From contig OZ245922.1 of assembly GCA_965229705.1 (NCBI GenBank), forward strand, positions 150,001-182,000: a DNA stretch of 32,000 bases, given 5' to 3'. Positions 27,047-32,000 of the stretch are shown piece after piece. The position numbers and the translations under genes are program-made. Origin of the DNA: Candidatus Saccharimonadota bacterium. Its GTDB lineage: Bacteria > Patescibacteriota > Gracilibacteria > BD1-5 > UBA6164. Numbering within the stretch: position 1 is the first letter of the stretch; every line of letters begins with the position of its first letter. Below the pieces are notes generated by a model. That model was given only the letters and a program-made list of their open reading frames with translations. It did no database searches and was not told where the DNA came from.

Positions 27047-28549
27047 ATGTATGCAATATTTTTGCAAGGTATTAGATTTTTATTTCCTCGACATTTGTAT
27101 AAAAAAATAGCCTCAAATACTCTTTTCCAGGTACTGACAAAAGTATGTACAGCGCTTATATCTATCCTGCTTTTGAGTATCCTCACAAAAAATCTTTCCG
27201 TAGAATATTTTGGAATATATAACAAAGTATTTCAGTATCTTGGGATTTTTATCTTTCTTGCGGATTTGTGACTCTATACGATTGCTATTCGCGAGATAGG
27301 GAAGTATCCAAAAAATACAGAAAAAATCATCGGAAATATCCTCTCTCTTAGGTTGGTACTGGCAAGTTTTATATGGTGAGTTGCTCTTATTATTGCCTCT
27401 TTTCTTCCATGATTTTCATCGTCACTGGTACTGTGGAGTATTTTTATTGTTTGAGCCTTTAGCTTTGTGAGCCTTATTAACTCGTCTTTACTGGCCTTGA
27501 TGCAGTCACAAATGAAAATGGAATTTTCTTTCATATCTACCGTATCAGGAAAGATTCTCAACCTTATAGCAGTGAGTGTGGTATGTATGTATATGCTTGA
27601 TGTATGAGAGGGGAGAGTACTGTTATGCATCTTCACCATAGCCACACTTTCTCTCATCGTGACAACATACATGAACTATCTCTATGCAAGAAATATTTGT
27701 AGTATCAGACTCCTATGGGATAGGGAATACATATATCATATTTTCCGTATTTCTCTTCCTTATGGTATAGCGCTCTTTTTATCAGTAGTGTATTTTAAGA
27801 TAGATGTTATTATGCTATGAATTTTAGAGTGAGAAGGAGCAAACACTTCAATAGCTCTCTATTCTTTGCCGATGAAGATTATTGAAGTTTTGATGGTTGT
27901 GTGAGGATTTTATCTCAATTCTCTCCTGCCAACTTTGACACAAAAGATTCATAATCATATATCAGAGGTTCAAGAGATAGTCAGGCTTTCATGTAAATTT
28001 CTCGGAAGTCTTGGTATATGTATATATGTATTCTCAGTACTATTTTGATGAAGTATCCTGACTCTGATTGCTACTCCAGAATACCTCACAGCTCTTCCAT
28101 TTAACTCATACGATGTGTTTATTTTGAGTTCGGGGGTACTACTGTTTCACTTTTTGGCTCTTATTTTTATATATTTACTGATTGCCAAAGAACAACAATC
28201 TCAGCTTTTGAAGATCAATGCTATTATTACCTGCGTAAATATTGCTCTCAATAGTATACTTATACCGCAATTTTCTTTTTACTGAGCTGGAATAGCGACA
28301 CTGATTTCACAAGCTCTTTTGTGTATGATATGTTACGGAAGCATTGGGAGAATGTATATTTCTTTTTTGAGACTTTGACAGTCGATCATTCCGAGTATTC
28401 TGCTTGGGGTGAGTATCTATGTTCTTGGAATTTTTCTGATAGAACGTATGAGTTTTGGAGATGTGGGGAATATGTTTCTTCTCGCGCCACTACTTTTTTG
28501 TATTTATTTGTGATGAGAGTATCTGCTCTTTACTCGATCACGCCACTAA
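27047..28549 (+). CDS. MOP-superfamily polysaccharide/oligosaccharide flippase, Wzx-like (500 aa)
   Basis: It has about 14 hydrophobic helices. The N-terminus (KKIASNTLFQVLTKVCTALISILLLSILTKNLSVEYFGIYNKVFQYLGIFIFLADLGLYTIAIREI) is typical of Polysacc_synt proteins. The frame is open from 27047 to TAA at 28547-28549 (checked). Confidence 0.75.
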
Positions 28550-29093
28550 GCATATCAAAGTGAACTTCCTCTGAAAACTGAGCATTTCCATATCGAACTA
28601 TAGCACGACTTGGAAAATCAATAGCATTCATGCTTTCATCATCACAACTGAGGATATCTCCTTTTGCTCATCTAAATATTATTTCTATTTCTGCCATCTT
28701 TACTTGAGGAACATCACTTCGCCCAAGGCATGAAAGTGACAGAAAAGACATTCAAGACGGAGCTTTCCATCTAAGGTACTCTGTATAAGAAACTTTGTCA
28801 AGACTGTAGTATGATTGTATCGTACTTTTAGGGTTTTGTGAAAAAACGATTTTCCACAACTCAGGACTTTGAGGAGGATTTCATGCTCATTTTCAGGTAA
28901 GAGCATTATTTCGTACTTCTTCACTTATGTTGATAATTTGGAGAATATCATTCTCAAGTTTTTGTTTTGTATTTTGTTCACGGAAGTTAAAGCTTCCTAC
29001 TCATACAGCAATAATACATATTATAATTATCACAATAACAATTTCTATGAGTGTGTATCATTTTTTTTGAGGAGAGAGTAACCACTGTTTCAT
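28530..29093 (-). CDS. Type IV pilin / pseudopilin with a prepilin-peptidase signal (187 aa)
   Basis: The N-terminus MKQWLLSPQKKGYTLIEIVIVIIIICIIAV has a class III signal: short basic leader, G(-1), an aromatic at +1, E(+5) and a hydrophobic helix. G(-1) is encoded by TGA at 29058-29060. The frame was checked. It differs from the track ORF 28700-28924. Confidence 0.7.
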
Positions 29094-29197
29094 ACTAAAT
29101 TTTTATAAATATTTGATTAGAAGAGTTTTTTTCATATATATAAGTATATGAACATATCTTTTTTAAAGAATTTTTTAGTATTATAAAAACTTTGACT

Positions 29198-30133
29198 ATG
29201 AAATATTTTCTTTCTTCTATATGCTGACTTTTTTTGTTTTTGGGTTTCATGCAGATATCTAGCGCGTCTGATGCTCCTGTAAATCTCTATCTTGAGTCTC
29301 GAAGTGATTCTCAAATAGAAGTATCATGGGATCCTGTAGAAGGGGCTCTCGGATACTATATATACTATGGACAGAGTTCATGACAAGATGGACTCTATGA
29401 TGTAGAGGGTATTGAACTAATAGAAACAGCGGAATATACTCTTTGAGATTTGCAGCCAGATACGCAGTACTATATTGCTCTTACGGCTCTTGATGACACA
29501 GGAAAAGAGTCATCATACTCTGAGGAGCTTGCTGCTCAGACATTGGCTTTTGGACAAGCATCGCAAGTAGAGGAACTGAGACTGGTAGTAACAGAGGTTG
29601 TTTCGGTAAATGAAATCATGCTTGAGTTTTCAAAAAGTCTTGATAATACTGATGAGACGCGTCGAGAGTTTATACTTGTTGATTCTCTGCAGTGAAGAGA
29701 GATCATGATAGAAGAGACGCGTCTTGATGAAGAGAAACCACATCTTCTCTTTCTTACTTTGGAGTCCTCACTTTTTCCTGAGACACAATATGATATTACC
29801 ATACTTGATATTCTTGCTGTCGATGGGGCAACAATAGAACAATGAGTAGAATGATTTTGAAGCTTTGTCACTCCAGAGATTTTTCCAGAAAGCAATATGT
29901 GAGATGAGTTATTACCCGAGTTGAGCTCTGCTCCAGAAGAAAATAACCAAGATGTTGTAGAAGAAAGCTCTCAGTGAACAACACAAACTTCCTCACAAGA
30001 AGAGCAATGACAATGAGTAAATGAGGTTGCCGCTGAAACATCAAAACTTCCCGATACGGGAACAGAACATATTCTCCTGCTCATCATTGCAGCGATTGCT
30101 GGACTAGGATTGTATACGAGAATGAGAAAATAA
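29198..30133 (+). CDS. Secreted FN3-domain surface protein with an LPXTG sortase sorting signal (311 aa)
   Basis: It has a signal peptide (MKYFLSSICGLFLFLGFMQISSA) and an FN3-like domain (PVNLYLESRSDSQIEVSWDPVEGALGYYIYYG...YTLGDLQPDTQYYIALTALDDTGKESSYS). A second beta-rich domain and an acidic/polar linker follow. It ends with LPDTG (30047-30061), a TM segment (HILLLIIAAIAGLGLY) and an RMRK tail. Confidence 0.75.
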
Positions 30134-30138
30134 ATACC

Positions 30139-30178
30139 AAAAAAATAAATCCGAGCTCTACAGCTCGGATTTATTTTT
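30139..30178. terminator. Bidirectional intrinsic terminator between convergent genes
   Basis: An 11-bp stem pairs AAATCCGAGCT (30147-30157) with AGCTCGGATTT (30162-30172) around loop CTAC. It is flanked by an A-run upstream and a T-run downstream. Confidence 0.7.
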
Positions 30179-30560
30179 ATACTTCGTTGAGCATTTTCAG
30201 AATTTCATCTGGATCTTCTTCTGTTTCGCTCTTGTCAGCTGCTTTGGCAGCTGCTACTTTCTTTTTTCCTTCTTTTACCTGCATCTCCTGCCACTCAATC
30301 AGATGTTTCTCGTTAAGAGACTTAATCTCTTTTTGGTATTTTGTTTCGAGCTCTTGGAGCTTTTTTCTTTCTGTATCAAGTATATCATAGAGTCTGTCTA
30401 TTTGGGTATCATTCATTGATGGCATGATATCAAACCAGTACTGTCTCTCATCATGGTCCATAGATTCTGTTGCGAGAATGAGCTCTATGAGCTCAGGGAA
30501 TTTTGCCTGCATCTCATCGGATACTTGAAAGGTTTTATCTCCTTTTTTTAGTTCAGCCAT
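30177..30560 (-). CDS. Hypothetical coiled-coil protein (127 aa)
   Basis: This is an uninterrupted ORF in the track: MAELKKGDKTFQVSDEMQAKFPELIELILATESMDHDERQYWFDIMPSMNDTQIDRLYDILDTERKKLQELE... It has a charged C-terminus. I recognise no family. Confidence 0.6.
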   Translation of the reverse strand: MAELKKGDKTFQVSDEMQAKFPELIELILATESMDHDERQYWFDIMPSMNDTQIDRLYDILDTERKKLQELETKYQKEIKSLNEKHLIEWQEMQVKEGKKKVAAAKAADKSETEEDPDEILKMLNEV

Positions 30561-30668
30561 AATTTTTTATAAAAATACATATTTTTCATTATATCACGAG
30601 CCTGAATTATTTGCAAAAAAAAATACTCTCTCTATACTTTTTTTATTGAATTATTAACTTTTTACACT

Positions 30669-30917
30669 ATGTTTTTTGTATATATAGGCATATATGTATT
30701 TATACTTTTATTCTTGTGGGGGTTTTTTCTCATAGCACGCCATCACAGCTTCAAATTTCAGAGATTTAGTACCAATATAGTTCCTGTGACAAATTTTTTG
30801 ATGATATTTCTTTTGATATTATCACTTTTGGGTTTTGTTCTCATACTTTCTCTTGACCGATGAACATCGCAGCTGCGTATAGATATGACGCGACCTCAAG
30901 ATATATCATACTACTAA
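30669..30917 (+). CDS. Small membrane protein (82 aa)
   Basis: It has two hydrophobic helices (MFFVYIGIYVFILLFLWGFFLIA and NFLMIFLLILSLLGFVLILSL). The track ORF 30669-30863 extends through one TGA to TAA at 30915-30917. Confidence 0.45.
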
Positions 30918-30933
30918 TACTTTCTTGATATTT

Positions 30934-32000
30934 ATGAGTACACAGAAAATACTATTTGCTATTATTGGAATTATCTTCATTTGAGCTCTTTTTTTTCTTA
31001 TGAGCGTTTTGACCTCATGACAAGGATCAAAATCAGTATCAGCCACACAGTGAAAATTTACTGTATGGATACTCAGTGACGATGCTGGAGATTTTCAGTC
31101 ATATTTATGATATTTTAAAGAAGCTTTCCCACAATATCGTTCCAAAAACATTGTTGTGGAAAGTTTTTTGGATATGCAAACATATAAGAATACTCTCATA
31201 TCAGCAATAGGGAGTGAAAAAGCGCCAGATGTTTTTATGCTTCCTGCATGAGAAGAGTCTATATTTGAAAACTTTATTGCCTGAGTTGATCCTGAGAGAG
31301 TGAGTCCGAGCGACTTTCGTTTAGCATTTCGAGAAAATTTTTCTCAAGACCTTATTGTCAGTACTGATGATGATACACGAGAGTTTTTGAGATGAGTTCC
31401 AGCATGATACGAGACTTTGTGATTTTTTTATAATAGAAAATATTTTCTCAAACCTTCTGAACTCAACTCATGGAATGATATAGAAAAAGAAATACAAAAC
31501 ATATCTTACAAGCATTCAAACATTGTTCCTCTTGCTCTTTGAGCCACAAGTGGGATGTTGCACTTGAGCGATATCCTTGGAGCATTTTTTGTCCTTGATG
31601 GAGTGAGGGATCTCTGACAAATACCAAATACGACAGTGAAGCAGTGATTAGCTCAATATCTTTCTTATGGAGATCGTTCTTGATCGAATGGTTATGACGC
31701 TGTAAAAAATCGTTATCCTGATAAGACGGAACTGGATTTTTTTGTAGAGGGGGAGGTCGCTGCTATGATTTGATATCCAAGAGACCTCTTTGCTATTGAT
31801 AGCGTTGGGTATCAGAAGAGTTTTTTGTTTGTGCGTCCTTTTCCACAATATGCTTCGGAGTTTTCTGAAAAAAAGATTTTTGCGAAATACAATTTTTTTG
31901 CGACACATAAAGACACACAGTTTTATGATATGGCGCAAGATTTTCTTTCTTTTGTCGTATCTCAAACAGGACAGGAAAAATACATAGAAACTTTTCCGCA
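30934..32000 (+). CDS. Membrane-anchored ABC-type extracellular solute-binding protein, family-1-like (3' end outside window)
   Basis: It has an N-terminal TM anchor (MSTQKILFAIIGIIFIGALFFLMSV). An SBP-like body follows: KFTVWILSDDAGDFQSYLGYFKEAFPQY.., APDVFMLPAGEE, GVPAGYETLGFFYNRKYF and EVAAMIGYPRDL. The frame is open to the window end with many TGA codons (checked). Confidence 0.7.

Noticed and set aside
28700-28924. The track's 74-aa minus-strand ORF (MKKYEIMLLPENEHE...).
   Set aside because: It is out of frame with the 187-aa code-25 ORF, which begins with a textbook prepilin signal. It is only the longest TGA-free stretch.
30177-30560. This gene has no TGA codon, which might suggest foreign (standard-code) origin.
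   Set aside because: The protein contains only two glycines, so the absence of TGA carries no information.

Overview
This low-GC bacterial segment is only coherent under genetic code 25, where UGA encodes Gly and only TAA/TAG are stops. That code is used by the Absconditabacteria (SR1) / Gracilibacteria lineages of the CPR. The supplied standard-code ORF track is therefore fragmented, and several genes are absent from it. I re-translated by hand with TGA=Gly and checked most genes codon by codon for in-frame TAA/TAG. This gives about 31 intact, tightly packed genes. In order: lexA (3' part), a T-box-like leader plus aspS, corA, der, mltG(-), and a single-ring ClpC-D2-like AAA+ ATPase followed by hicB-hicA. 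Next come rpoB, a structured spacer, rpoC, and a 93-aa orphan. Then an isolated pilB-type ATPase(-), a pta-like gene, a DMT transporter, tag, an RHH (RelB/DinJ-like) gene, an ABC-2 exporter pair, a serine hydrolase, galU and yvcK. A surface-oriented stretch follows: charged/TM protein(-), membrane TPR protein(-), Wzx-like flippase, type IV pilin(-) and an FN3/LPXTG sortase substrate. The window ends with a coiled-coil protein(-), a small membrane protein and a membrane-anchored solute-binding protein (3' end truncated). I found no rRNA, tRNA, CRISPR array or transposase. The points most worth follow-up are the AAA+/HicB/HicA cassette next to rpoB, the T-box-like attenuator before aspS, the three-way-junction-like element between rpoB and rpoC, and the scattered pilus/sortase surface genes. 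All product calls come from motif recognition by eye; no database search was run.
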